Source: Octopus vulgaris
Lineage: Eukaryota
Direction: 5' to 3'
Length of the DNA: 64,000 bases
Assembly (NCBI GenBank): GCA_951406725.2
Contig: OX597838.1
Location: 30,442,001 to 30,506,000, forward strand
Every line of letters starts with the position of its first letter. The first letter of the stretch is position 1. A model generated the notes under the pieces. It saw only the letters and a program-made list of their open reading frames with translations. It did not search any database and had not been told where the DNA came from. Below are positions 49,870 through 62,880 of the stretch, piece by piece. The position numbers and the translations under genes are program-made.

Positions 49870-50002
49870 CTATCTATCTATATATATATATACACATACA
49901 CATGTGTGTATGTGTGTGTATATATATATATACATACACATATATGTGTATGTGTGTGTATATATCTATATATATATATATATACATACACATATATGTG
50001 TA

Positions 50003-50036
<34 letters not shown>

Positions 50037-50075
50037 GGCCAACCTTTTCTACCCCACTTACTGTATGTACGTGTG

Positions 50076-50106
<31 letters not shown>

Positions 50107-50406
50107 AAATATATATATGTGTGTGTGTATGTATATAGAGGCCAATCTCTTCTATCTCTCCATGCTCCACTTATTGTATGTATGTGTGTGTGTATGTGTG
50201 TGTACATAAACACAAATGTCCCTCAACTCCACACATTCATTCATACACACATACATTCATACATACATACAGACAGACATACATAGTAAAATTCTCTCAC
50301 ACACATGTACGCAAACACACACACACACATCATCTCACACGTACACATTCTCACTCTTACTCACATGGACATACAGGGTCTATCTGTCTGTCCGGCTCTC
50401 TCTTTC

Positions 50407-50438
<32 letters not shown>

Positions 50439-51089
50439 ATAGACATACAAAGACACCTCTCTCACTCCCACTCTTGTTCCCTTTTTCTCTTCCTTTTCTT
50501 TATCTTGCCAGCACACACATAAAATCCTTCTCTTTCTCCCCACTTCTTTCACTCTCTCTCTATCTCTCTCTCTCTCTCTCTCATTCTGTCTTTGCCTCTC
50601 TCTTCCTCTCTTATAGTCTATCTACACCTCCCCCCCACACACACAACAACCCTTCTCTCTGTTCCCCTCTCTTGTATATACACAATTTCTCCTCTTTATT
50701 CCCTCTTTCAGTCTATCTCTCCAACACACATATAATTTCTCTCCTTCTCTCTCTCTCTCTCTCTTTCTCTGCTTCCCCCTCACCACCACCACCACCACCG
50801 CCACCACACAATCAGACCTACATAAGGAATGCTGTGTGCTCAAATGTAGGCCTTCCTTGATTTCTTGAGTAAGAAGTAGAAGTAGAAGTAGAAGAAGAAG
50901 AAGAAGAAGAAGAAGAAGAAGAAGAAGAAGAAGAAGAAGATGTCTAGGTCTATTACAAGTGTAGAAGACAGGAGGAGGGGAAATGGACAGAGGGATGGGA
51001 AACAGGTAAGGAGCGGGTGGGTGGGTGGGTGGAATACAGAAATGTCCACCTCCCTCCATTCACACATACAGACAGAGAGGCGCCCATCA

Positions 51090-51123
<34 letters not shown>

Positions 51124-51271
51124 GTGTGTGTGTAAACTTATAGTCACATCAATATATATATACATATATAAATATGCTTATACATATTAGCACATATACA
51201 CAACATACACACTTTTACACAATATAATGTATATATATATATATAGATGTGTGAGTGAGAGTATGTAGTGT

Positions 51272-51312
<41 letters not shown>

Positions 51313-51479
51313 GACACACACACATATATATGTATACACATACACAAATACATGTATGTGTATGTTCTCTTTCTCTTTTTAATTTAGAATAAATATTGGC
51401 TGGCCACCACCTCCTTGGTTTGCAAAGTTGCGAAGGAAAGCATCTTGTTCCGCTCACCATCCTTTAAACCCTAAGAAAG

Positions 51480-52310
51480 TCTTACAGATTTTTACATTCC
51501 CAGATATCCCGGTCATTTGTAGAGTGTGAATTAAGGATTTGCGTTCTCTCCCCCAAGATCCCAAGATCAACCCTACTTTGCTCCAGACTGGTCAGTATGT
51601 ACCCCGTTGCTCCAATAATGATGGGTATGAAACTGAAGGTGTATCTTGGGTACTGGATTTGCAAACTCCTTATCAATGGGCCATAAATGACCTCTTTCTC
51701 TGATATTTCGCTGACCACATCGGTGTGACCAAAGGATAGCTGATTTCCTCTACGCCTGCATGCATGTATCCAAATAAAAAGGGTAAAGACCCTGTTCGGT
51801 CATGAATGACCATGAGATTGCATCTAGAAAGTTACTCTCCGAGGTACAAGTCCGAGCAAGTTTGTTTTGTACAAGACCAGCACTCGCCCATGCATACCAA
51901 CCTCCCCTCTCCAGGCAACCAATGTTACCCAAGGGAAAGGCAAAGGGGCCGATACAGCTTGGCACCAGTGACATCACAACTCACTTCTAAAGCTGAGTGA
52001 ACTGGAGCAATGTGAAATAAAGTGTCTTGCTCAAGAACGCAACACATGTGTGAATAAAAGATGTGCATTCTCTCCATGGGAATCTAAGTTCCATCATATA
52101 GGACAGCATGTATTCTGTTGCACCAATTGTAATAGGTATAAAGCTGAAAGTGTATTTTGCTGACCAGATTGGAAAACTCCTTATCAATGGTCTATTCTTT
52201 CTCCTTCTCTTGCATTTTTCTAGTCATGCTTGGTGTCTAGAGGACAGCTGATTCCCACTGCGTGTGCATGTGTCTATAGTTCCTCAAATATCAGGTTCCT
52301 TGGGCAAGAC
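51480..52310 (-). mobile_element. Two fragments of a restriction-like-endonuclease (R4/NeSL-type) non-LTR retrotransposon C-terminus, separated by a SINE
   Basis: EKEVIYGPLIRSLQIQYPRYTFSFIPIIIGATG at 51480-51750, and ISCPLDT...KYTFSFIPITIGATE at 52050-52310. Confidence 0.6.
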
Positions 52311-52321
52311 AGTCCACCAAT

Positions 52322-52620
52322 GGCCTCTTCACTCCTGCTCCAGAGCGTCGGCTGCGGGGTCACTCCGAAAAGCTCTATCTGAGACGATTTCATCTCAATC
52401 GAAGGAGAGGGGCTTTCTCCGTCCGGGTTGCGGATCCGTGGAATAAGCTGCCGGACGAGATAGTGAAGTTGCCGATGACCGCTCGGTTCAAAGTCTCTCT
52501 TGACCAGAAATGGCCTGAACTCTTTGCATGAACACCCTCCCTGTACATAACTCCATGTACCCCTACATGGCCTTCCCTTTTGCTTTTGAGCCAAAAAATT
52601 AACTTAACTTAACTTAACTA
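52322..52620 (+). mobile_element. CR1-clade LINE 3' end with (AACTT)n tail
   Basis: TPAPERRLRGHSEKLYLRRFHLNRRRGAFSVRVADPWNKLP. Confidence 0.85.
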
Positions 52621-53484
52621 TTTGATGATAGTTAACTTACAATTAAGATGAGGACCAAAACAGCAGAGTACCCCACCCCCCACCCAGCTCTCTAACGAGT
52701 GCCAGTTTGTCTTTAGGTCAAGAACAGAACCAACACCATTTGCCCTTTCAATACCATTAAAGCTGAGACAACCACTCCCCCATTTCTATAATAAAAATAC
52801 CTTGTTTCAAACTGATCTAAAATATTTCTTTGAGGTATCGGCCTGAAATTTTGTGGGAGTGGGCAGGGGGGGGGTAAGTCAATTACATTGACCCCCAGTG
52901 TTTAACTGGTATTTATTTCATCAACTCTAAAAGAATAAAAAGCAAAGTCGACCTTGGCAGAATTTGACCCCAGAATGTAGAGACAGAATGTACCAGACGG
53001 TGAGATTGAACCTAAAGGCCATTATTTGGCTGTGAAATGATTGTCTTAGTCGCAAAGCCATGTCCAAATTTATGGTCAATTCTGGCCATTACAGGTTGAA
53101 AAGTCAGAAGTTTCAAATCATCATCATTTAACATCTGTTTTCCCTGCCGGCATGGGTCAGACAGTTTGACAGGAGCAGGCAAAATCAGGAGTTGTCCAGG
53201 TTCCATTGGTTTCTACAACTGGAATACCCTTCCTAATGCCAACCATTTTACAAAGCGGACTGGGTGTCTTTTTTTGTGGCACCATCACCGTTGCTTTTAT
53301 ATGGCACCAGCACCAGTGCTTTTTATGTGACACCAGAACCAGGGCTCTTTGTGTGGCCCCATCACCATTGCTTTTATGTGGCACCAGCACCAGTGCTTTT
53401 TATGTGGCACCAGCACCAGTGCCTGTTACGTGGCACCAGCACCGGGGCTCTTTGTGTGGCACCATCACCATTGCTTTGGGAGCA

Positions 53485-53695
53485 AAATCTTGTTCTTTAT
53501 GCAGGGTTTGTTGATCTCATGAAAGCACTCGATCCAGTCGGTTGCAAAGGACCTTGTTAATGCCTTTCAAAATCAGGATGTCTGTGAGGAAAGGTGGCCA
53601 ACATTGATTCAATCATTTCACGATGGCATGAAGACATGTCTTGCAGGTCTTGAAGACACGTCACATACATTCTTGGTCTCAAATGGAACCAAACA
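53485..53695 (+). mobile_element. RTE-clade RT fragment
   Basis: LYAGFVDLMKALDPV...IQSFHDGM...FLVSNGTKQ. Confidence 0.65.
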
Positions 53696-54102
53696 GAGAC
53701 ATGAAGAAAGGTTGAAGACACCCGACCTTTATTCTCTAGAAAAACGCCGACGACGTGGTGATCTCATTCTTGCTCACAACATCATAAGCGGAAAGTGTAA
53801 CCTCTCGAAAGAGCTGTTCTTCACTCCTACTCCAGAGCGTCGGCTGCGGGGTCACTCCGAAAAGCTCTATCTGCGATGATTTCATCTCAATCGAAGGAGA
53901 GGGGCTTTCTCCGTCTGGGTTGCAGATCCGTGGAATAAGCTGCAGGACGAGATAGTGAAGATGCCGACGACCGTTCGGTTCAAAGTCTCCCTTGACCACA
54001 AGTGGCCTAAGCTCTTTACATGAACACCACCCTGTACATAACTCCATGTCCCCCTACATGGCCTTGCTTTTTGCTTTTTGAGCCAAAAAATTAACTAACT
54101 AA
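53696..54102 (+). mobile_element. CR1-clade LINE 3' end, same family as 52322
   Basis: EERLKTPDLYSLEKRRRRGDLI...LRGHSEKL; (AACT)n tail. Confidence 0.85.
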
Positions 54103-55647
54103 CATCATGACATTTTAAAGAAATATTGGCAAGGATGTGTAGTAACAAGTTTGCTTCCCAACCACATGGTTCGGGGTTCAGTCCCACAGCGTGGCACCTT
54201 AGGCAAGTATCTTCTACTCTTGCCTCATGCCAACCAAAGCCTTGTGAGTGGATTTGGTAGGTGGAAACTGAAAGAAGCCTGTTGTGTGTGTGTATCTCTG
54301 TGTCCGTGTTTGTTTCCCCACCACCATTTGACAACCGATGTTGGTTTGTTTATGTCCCCTGCAATTTGGTGGGGTTCAGCAAAAAAGGTGTACCAGACTT
54401 AAAAACGAAACAAAAAAAATGCACCAGGGTCGATTCATTCAACTAAAAGTTCCACAAAGCAGTGCCCCAGTATGGCCACAGACTAATGACTGAAACAAGT
54501 AAAAGAATGATAAAAGATAACTAACCATTCAACACATATTGGCCACAAATGGACCCAAGTTGGGCAAGATTTGGCTGGCATTTCTAGCAGATTAATAGAC
54601 CATGCATAGGCTCAGAAGAGCCTGAGTTGCCTCTTCATTTATTTAATTAAGCCAGAGGTCAATCAAGAGGTCAGTAGTGACCTCTTGAAATTGTACTTTG
54701 CTATCTTAAAAAGGAAAGAGGACCCTTCAATAATGTATTCCTAGGTATACTATGCCGGGGAAATAATAAAAAGGGAAGAAGATGGGGAGGTCACAGTTGG
54801 AAAGCCAGCTTAACCTAGGCTGACCATGGGCTAAACACCAACAATAACCATCATAACAGTTAATATCACTTCATCCAACACCACCACTACTACCGCCACG
54901 ACCACCATACCTTCTACTACTACTACTACTACTACAATGACTACCACTACCACCACTACTACTACTACTACTACAATGACTACCACCACCACCACCACTA
55001 CTACTACTACCATCACTACTACTACTACTACTATTACTACTACCACCACCATCACCACCTTCATTACAGGTTACACTCTTCTTGCACGGACGCATGCCCT
55101 TTCCAGAAACAGCAGCTAAATATCCCTCAGAAAGTCCCACACTCTACCGTATAAAAAAAAAGACAAAGAAAGAAACGATACACTGGGGGCTCTGCCACGG
55201 TAAATCTAGTGCTCCCTGACAACACACACACCACACACACACACACACACAGGATGGTCACGGCTGGAATGCCGCCTTGCTCGATCAAGGAACATCTAAC
55301 GGATGGGACCAACCGCGACGACTACGACGGCGACGACGAGAGCTTCCACCATTACTGTTTGTCTATTGATTCCAGCTCCCTACTATTACTACTACAACAA
55401 CAACTACTACTACTACTACTACTACAAGGGGGGCCCCTTTATAACAACGAGCTCGCTCCCTTCCTATCAACTGAAACCCCAGCTCTATAACCCTCCCCTC
55501 CACCACGCACACACTCCATCGCTTGCTCCTATTTTTCTATCTTCTAAATATAGTACAGAAGGAGTTGGAAGGCGAGGCGAGCCCAGACAGACATAGACAC
55601 ACAGACAGAGAAAGAGAGAGAGAGAGAGGGAGAGAGAGAGACAAGGA

Positions 55648-55686
<39 letters not shown>

Positions 55687-55923
55687 CACACACACACACA
55701 GAGGCATTTTTCCAGCCCCTACCATCTCCCCGGAGCGCAGACATCGTCGCCGACGCTACCGTCGTACCGCCGCCACCGCCACCGACATCACACTTCCTCT
55801 CTTCACGCTTGCACACTTGTAACTTTCACCACCGCCGCCACCACCACTACCAACGCCGCCGCCGCCGCCACCGTTCAAGGAAGAAGCCTCTCTCTAAGGC
55901 AGAGTCACTTGGAAACTCGTATC

Positions 55924-56109
55924 AGAAATAGCAGCTAAAATACCAATCAAATGATTCTCTACCGACCTGAAGGGAAAAGGCTTTGAACAACAATAACAAC
56001 AACAACAACAAGTGCATCCATTACACTTGTTACAACACCTTCAAAACTTAGAAATAGCAGCTAAATACCTCTCAAATGATTCTCTACCGACCTGAGGTAG
56101 GGAAGGCTC

Positions 56110-56140
<31 letters not shown>

Positions 56141-56385
56141 ATAATAATAATAACAACAAATGCATCCATTACACTTGTTACAACACCTTCAAACCTAGAA
56201 ATAGCAGCTAAATACCTCTCAAATAACCTATTAATCCTTTAAAAAAATGTAAAATAGGAGGGATATTTTGACAGACGGGGGGGGGGGGAGGTTTCAGGAA
56301 CAATAACAACAATAACAAACGCATAATTATAATAAGGCTTGTTACAACACCTCTGCTAGAAATAGCAGCTAAATCTCCCTCAGAT
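55924..56385. repeat. Imperfect tandem repeat (units ~126-161 bp) built on agaaatagcagctaaat plus (AAC)n
   Basis: Motif starts at 55924, 56050, 56197 and 56358. Confidence 0.75.
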
Positions 56386-56544
56386 CATAGAATAAGAATA
56401 AGAATAAACAAGGGGGAAAGGAAAAACACAGTAGACGATTTAGTTTTGGGGGCATAAGAAATAAATAAATAAATAAATATGACTGGATGGTCGCGTGTGG
56501 AACGGTAAGTTGGTTCAGGTTTTATGACCTGGGGTTCAACAATA

Positions 56545-57002
56545 AAACTACCACCACAACTACTACTACTACCACAACTACCACTACCACCACTACTACT
56601 ACTACTCCCACCACCACAACTACTACTACCACCATCACCACTACTACTACTACTACTACCACCATCACCACTACTACTACTACCACCATCACCACTACTA
56701 CTACTACTACCACCATCACTACTACTACTACCAATATTACTACTACTACTACTACAACAATTACTACTAATGATCTCTACCACCACCACCACCACTACTA
56801 CCAGTAGAACCACCACCACTACTACTATTACCACCACCATCGCCACCAGCACCACCACTACTACTTGTACGACCGACATCATCTCTACCACTACTACCAC
56901 CACCACCATCACCACTACTACTACTAGCATGACCACTCTCACCACCACTACGGCTACTACCACCATCACCACTACTACTACTACTATTACTACTACCACC
57001 GT

Positions 57003-57039
<37 letters not shown>

Positions 57040-57080
57040 GTCACTACTACTACTACTACTATTACTACTACCACCGTCAC

Positions 57081-57111
<31 letters not shown>

Positions 57112-57132
57112 GTCACTACTACTACTACTACT
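56545..57132. repeat. (ACT/ACC)n trinucleotide array
   Basis: Visible directly; a similar array lies at 54880-55060. Confidence 0.9.
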
Positions 57133-57931
57133 AGATTCAGTCTGATCCCTACTTGGGGCCCTGTTTCCTTTCCCCCCAAATCAAGTTTATGCAACATCAA
57201 ACCCCCACCCCACCCCAACACCCATCCATCACCACCAATTACAATAACAACAACTAGAACACCCACTGCTTACTTCCTCCCCTGTATTGGTGGTGGTGGT
57301 GGTGGTGGTAGTAGTACAGTAAGAGAGAGAGAGAGAGGGAGGAAAAGAGAAGGGGGAGAGAGAGAGAGAAAGAAAGAAGAAAAAAAAAACAGGGGGTCTA
57401 TGCCCACCAACCAACCAACCAACCGGCCGGCCGGCCGGCCAACCAGGCACTCCCACCTTCACTTCCGCCACTACTACCACCACCGCCGCCGCCGCCATCA
57501 TATTTACACATATCTGGAGTACAGCTGCACTGTAAGACAACAAACATCACCACCACCACCAACACCAACGCCACTACTACTACTACTACTACGACTACTA
57601 CTACCACCATCACTGTGGCTGCTGTTGCTGGCAAACACACACACACCACCGACCCAACCTAGCACCGGCTTCCTTCCCCCCACCCCGGCCTGCCTACTCC
57701 AACGCCGCCGACCTCCCCCCTGCTTCTACAGTCAACAGTCACTATGACCACCACCACCACTACAACCCCCTCCACACACACACACACACACACTATGTAT
57801 GTGCATTGTTGCTTTAGTTACCACCACACATGCATGTCAATACACCATCAAAGCGAGGTGTGTGCGTGAGGTTGCACATATAAACATGCCTGTTTACGAG
57901 TATGCGAGCGCGTGTGTATATGTACAAATGC

Positions 57932-57967
<36 letters not shown>

Positions 57968-57978
57968 ATATATATATA

Positions 57979-58390
57979 CAGGAGTGGCTGTGTGGTAAGT
58001 AGCTTGCTAACCAACCACATGGTTCCGGGTTCAGTCCCACTGCGTGGCATCTTGGGCAAGTGTCTTCTGCTATAGCCCTGGGCCGACCAATGCCTTGTGA
58101 GTGGATTTGGTAGACGGAAACTGAAAGAAGCCTGTCGTATATATGTATGTATATAAGTGTGTGTGAATATGTTTGTGTGTCTGTGTTTGTTTCCCTAGCA
58201 TTGCTTGACAACCGATGCTGGTGTGTTTACGTCCCCGTCAGCGGTTCGGCAAAAGAGAGCGATAGAATAAGTACTGGGCTTACAAAAGAATAAGTCCCGG
58301 GGTCGATTTGCTCGACTAAAGGCGGTGCTCCAGCATGGCCGCAGTCAAATGACTGAAACAAGTAGAAAGAGAAAAAAAAGAGTAAAGAGT
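57979..58390 (+). mobile_element. SINE family A, full length
   Basis: Runs from caggagtggctgtgtgg to the tail. Confidence 0.9.
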
Positions 58391-58547
58391 ATATATATAT
58401 ATATATGTGTCGGTGCCCCAGCATGGCCACAGCTCATAAGCTGAAACTAGAATCAATCAATCATATATGTAGAGAGAGGGGGAAGGAGAAAGAGAAATGT
58501 CCACAAGCATGGGTGATACAACATAACAGTTTATCCAAGCACATATT

Positions 58548-58864
58548 ACTCTCTTTTACTCTTTTACTTGTTTCAGTCATTTGACTGTGGCCATGCTGGA
58601 GCACCGCCTTTTTAATCGAGCTACTCGACCCCGGGACTTATTCTTTTTCTGTAAGCCCAGTACTTATGCTATCGGTCTCTTTTTTTGCCGAACCGGTAAG
58701 TAACGGGGACATAAACACACCAGCATCGGTTGTCAAGCAATGCTAGGGGGACAAACACAGACACGCATATATATACATATACATGACGGGCTTCTTTTCA
58801 GTTTCCGTCTACCAAATCCACTCACAAGGCTTTGGTTGGCCCGAGGCTATAGTAGAAGACACTT
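58548..58864 (-). mobile_element. SINE family A, 5'-truncated, inverted relative to 57979
   Basis: Reverse-complement copy. Confidence 0.88.
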
Positions 58865-58889
58865 ATGGTAGGCTATAGTAGAAGACACT

Positions 58890-58916
58890 TATATATATAT
58901 ATATATATATTTATAT

Positions 58917-58947
<31 letters not shown>

Positions 58948-58960
58948 CACATACATATAT

Positions 58961-59006
<46 letters not shown>

Positions 59007-59236
59007 ATATACACATACATATATATATATGTATACACATACATATATACATACATATATATATATATACACATACATATATACATACATATATATATAT
59101 ATATACATACATATATATATACATATATATATATATACACACACATATATACATACATATATATATGTATGTATATATATATATACACATACATATATAC
59201 ATACATATATATATATACATATATACATACATATAC

Positions 59237-59270
<34 letters not shown>

Positions 59271-59300
59271 ACATATACACATATACATATATACATATAC

Positions 59301-59349
<49 letters not shown>

Positions 59350-59365
59350 TACATATATATATGTA
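58890..59365. repeat. (TA/CA)n microsatellite
   Basis: Visible directly in the sequence. Confidence 0.95.
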
Positions 59366-60216
59366 CATGTGCGTGTATGTACATAAGCAGCCATGTTTAT
59401 ATGTGCGACAAGCTCATGCATTCTTTATTTGAATTGTGGATAATCCTCCAGTCTTTGGAATAAGCGGCTCTTTTTAATCATACATAATAAATCTTTTATC
59501 TTTTACCGGTTTCACTAAGCGGACCACGCCCACGCTGGGGCACTGCCTCGAAAAGCTTAATGGAACACATTAACTCCCAGTACTAATGTTTGATTTTTAT
59601 TTCGTTAACGTCTGACACCTATTCTATTACTCTCTGTTGCTGGACTGCTAAGTTATGGGGATGTAAACAGACCGACACCGGTTGCCGAGTGGTGAGGGAG
59701 GGAGAAACGCAAACGTACACATATACACAAACACTCACATTTATACTTAAGCAACAGGCTTCCACACAGTTTCCATCAACCCAAATTCACCCACAAGATA
59801 CTGGTTGGCCCAGGGTTATGGTATAAAATACTTGACCAGAGGAGGCAAGTGTGACTGAACCACAAACCACATGGTTTGTAGGTATATATATACATATACA
59901 CACACACACACATATATATATATATCCTTGTGAGTGGATTTGGTAGATGGAAACTGAAAGAAGCCTATCGTATATATGTATATTTATATATATGTGTGTG
60001 TGTATATATGTTGTGTATCTGTGTTTGTCCCCCAAAAAATTTCTTTGACAACCGATGCTGGTGTGTTTAGGTCCCCATAACTTAGCGGTTTGGCAAAAGA
60101 GACTCATAGAATAAGTACTAGGCTGACAAAGAATAAGTCCTGGGGTTGATTTGATTCGACTAAAGGCGGTGCTCCAGCATGGCCACAGTCAAATGACTGA
60201 AACAAATAAAAGAATA

Positions 60217-60450
60217 TCTATTATATAAAATCCTTTCTGTCTGTCTGTGTGTGTGTCTTCTAGGATCTCGGGCATCCTCCATCCGATTGTGCTCAAAGTT
60301 GATATGTAGATACCAACGGTATTAGGGCGTCTATAAGTCTTGAAAAAATTGCAAAAATCGATTCCAGGTGAGAATGCGATCGATAAAGCCGTGGGAACGT
60401 GCATTTGTAAAATCGTTTTTCTTGGAATAGAAAAAAAGGCTATCTTTATT
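60217..60450 (+). mobile_element. Non-autonomous Helitron-like 5' end
   Basis: a|TCtattatataaaa start, (ctgt)n tract, and ccgattgtgctcaaagttg motif typical of Helitron-N/HINE elements. Confidence 0.45.
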
Positions 60451-60665
60451 TCTTCTTTTGCTGGTGTCTCAAATTTAGGTTAAATCAGTGTTTCTGAAAG
60501 GGGAGGCCTATGGGACGGTCAGACAAGTTGTTTTGAGAAAATTTGGTTTAAATGTTTGACAACTCAGCGCCCTCCATTGGACAGGGAGGGGCGTTTTGCT
60601 TGTGTATATATATATATATGGCAAATGAAAGACGGAAGATGGAATATATGAGAATTTATTATCTA

Positions 60666-60771
60666 ATCACGACAATTGTTTCGACACATTTAGCATCGAT
60701 CCCTCATGCGTGGAACACTCCACAACTGGTTCAGGATCATCTGGTGGAGCAGGTGTGTCTCATCAGGTGAT
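60666..60771 (-). ncRNA. Type I hammerhead ribozyme, canonical core, with branched stem II insertion
   Basis: atcac-CTGATGA-gacaca...tgtgtc-GAAA-caattg-TC-gtgat: stem I 5 bp, stem II 6 bp, palindromic stem III ACAATTGT, GUC site. AATAAA follows shortly after (60655-60660). The host element ~60619-60840 is flanked by (TA)n. Confidence 0.82.
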
Positions 60772-61261
60772 AGATAGACAGTACCACAATGTAACTTCTC
60801 ATTAAGCTACCAGGTGTAAACCATTCATTTCATTATCCAATATACATATATATATATATTTGATTTTTTGATTTTTCCAGTTTCAGCTAATGAGCTGTGG
60901 CCATGCTGGGGCACCGCCATATATATATATATATAAACTGTACTTGGAGAAGAAGAAACGAAACGAAACGAATTGAATCGAATCGACGTGAGGGCGCTCA
61001 GTCATACAATAGTGTAATGAATAAAATATATGCATACATACATACATATATGTACGTACCTACATCTACATGTATATATACATGCATATATAAATATATA
61101 TACGTGAGTACAGGACACCACAAATAGACGTAGAACTCAACGAGAAACGAAAACGTAAAAACAAGCATGGAACGGACCATTTTTTTTTACAACGAAAAAA
61201 CAGAGTACGAGACAAACTAAACAAGGAAAAAACCCCTTCATCAGCTGTCCCTAGTTCAACT

Positions 61262-61458
61262 CCAAACAAGAAAGCACAAAAAAATCACAACGCGAGGACA
61301 TGGAACAAATATAGTATTATTGGACGCTCAGGAAAGAAGGAAAGAGCGAGGGTTTAACGTTTCAAGCGGAGCTATTCGTCGGAAACATAGGAGAAGGAAA
61401 GATCCAGAGAAGGGAAGACAGAGGAAGAAAAATCACCAACGGTACACACGAGGTCACA
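61262..61458 (-). mobile_element. Penelope-like mini-element with decayed minimal hammerhead (61352-61386)
   Basis: Second copy of 7366-7572: gttt-CCGACGA-A-tagctccgctt-GAAA-cg-TT-aaac. Confidence 0.55.
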
Positions 61459-61596
61459 TATATATATATATCATCATCATCGTTTAACATCTGCCTTCCA
61501 TGCTGGCATGGGTTGGACGGTTTGACTGGAGCCAGCCAGATAGAAGACTACACCAGGCTACTGAGTCCGTTTTAGCTAGATGCACTTCCTAACACC

Positions 61597-61641
<45 letters not shown>

Positions 61642-61874
61642 ATGCATGTGTCGGCTTGTATCTCCTTGCCTTGACATGATGTGACAGTTGTAAACAAGTG
61701 TCACTGTTATATAAGCAGTGTCTCTCGTTTCCGATATTCATGGGGGAAATACTGTCTTGCTTGGAAACAGGGGAGGATTAATGAGAGGAAGGGCATTGAG
61801 CCAAAGAAAACCTTACCACACTAAATGACTCCATCCAAACCAGAAAGGCATAGCAGACGGGGAAGTAAAACAAT

Positions 61875-61988
61875 GGTGACGGTCATGATGATGATGATGA
61901 TGATGGTCATCATGATGATAATGTTGATGATGATGATGCCTATGTTGACGATGATGATGATGATGATGGTGATGATGTCTATGCTGAC

Positions 61989-62021
<33 letters not shown>

Positions 62022-62392
62022 AATGATGGTCATCATGATGATAATGTTGATGATGATGATGCCTATGCTGACGATGATGATGATGATGTCTATGCTGACT
62101 ATGATGATGATGATGATGATGATGATGATAATGATGGTCATCATGATGATAATGTTGATGATGATGATGATGATGATGCCTATGCTGACGATGATGATGA
62201 TGATGATGTCTATGCTGACTATGATGATGATGATAATGATGGTCATCATGATGATAATGTTGATGATGATGATGATGATGCCTATGCTGACGATGATGAT
62301 GATGATGTCTATGCTGACTATGATGATGATGATGATGATAATGATGATGCCTATGCTGACTATGATGATGCTGACTATGATGATGATGATGT
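61875..62392. repeat. (ATG)n array with higher-order repeats
   Basis: Recurring blocks ggtcatcatgatgataatgttg and cctatgctgacg. Confidence 0.95.
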
Positions 62393-62482
62393 ACACACAT
62401 GGATGCAACAGGTTTCAGCACACTTTCCTTCTACCAAATTCCATTCGTAATCCTGAGTTTACAGTAACAGACACTTGTCCGG

Positions 62483-62660
62483 TGTGGCTGTGTGGCAACA
62501 AGCTTGCTCCCCAGCCACGTGGCTCTGGGTTCAGTCCCACTGCATGGTACTTTGGCCAACTGTCGTCTACTAAAGCCTCGGGCCAACCAAAGCTTTGTGA
62601 GTGGATTTGGTAGAGGGAAACTGAAAGAAGCCTGTCGTATATATATATATATATATAGAT

Positions 62661-62691
<31 letters not shown>

Positions 62692-62880
62692 AATTCATGT
62701 CTGTGTGTCTGTGTGTCTGTGTTTGTCCCCCCCACCATCGCTTGACAACCGATGTTGGTGTGTTTACATCCCCGAAACTTAGCGGTTTAGCAAAAGAGAC
62801 TGATAGAATAAGTACTAGCCTAGAGTTGATTAGTTTGACTAAAGTTGGTGCTCCAGCATGGCTACAGTCAAATGACAAAC
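62483..62880 (+). mobile_element. SINE family A; an inverted 5' half follows at 62925-63072
   Basis: Runs from gtggctgtgtggcaacaagc to cagtcaaatgac. Confidence 0.8.

Noticed and set aside
56385-57747. 407-aa and 293-aa low-complexity ORFs
   Set aside because: They derive from (ACT/ACC)n and (GA)n repeats and contain no domain-like segment.
61813-62613. Poly-Met and poly-His ORFs
   Set aside because: (ATG)n microsatellite artefact.
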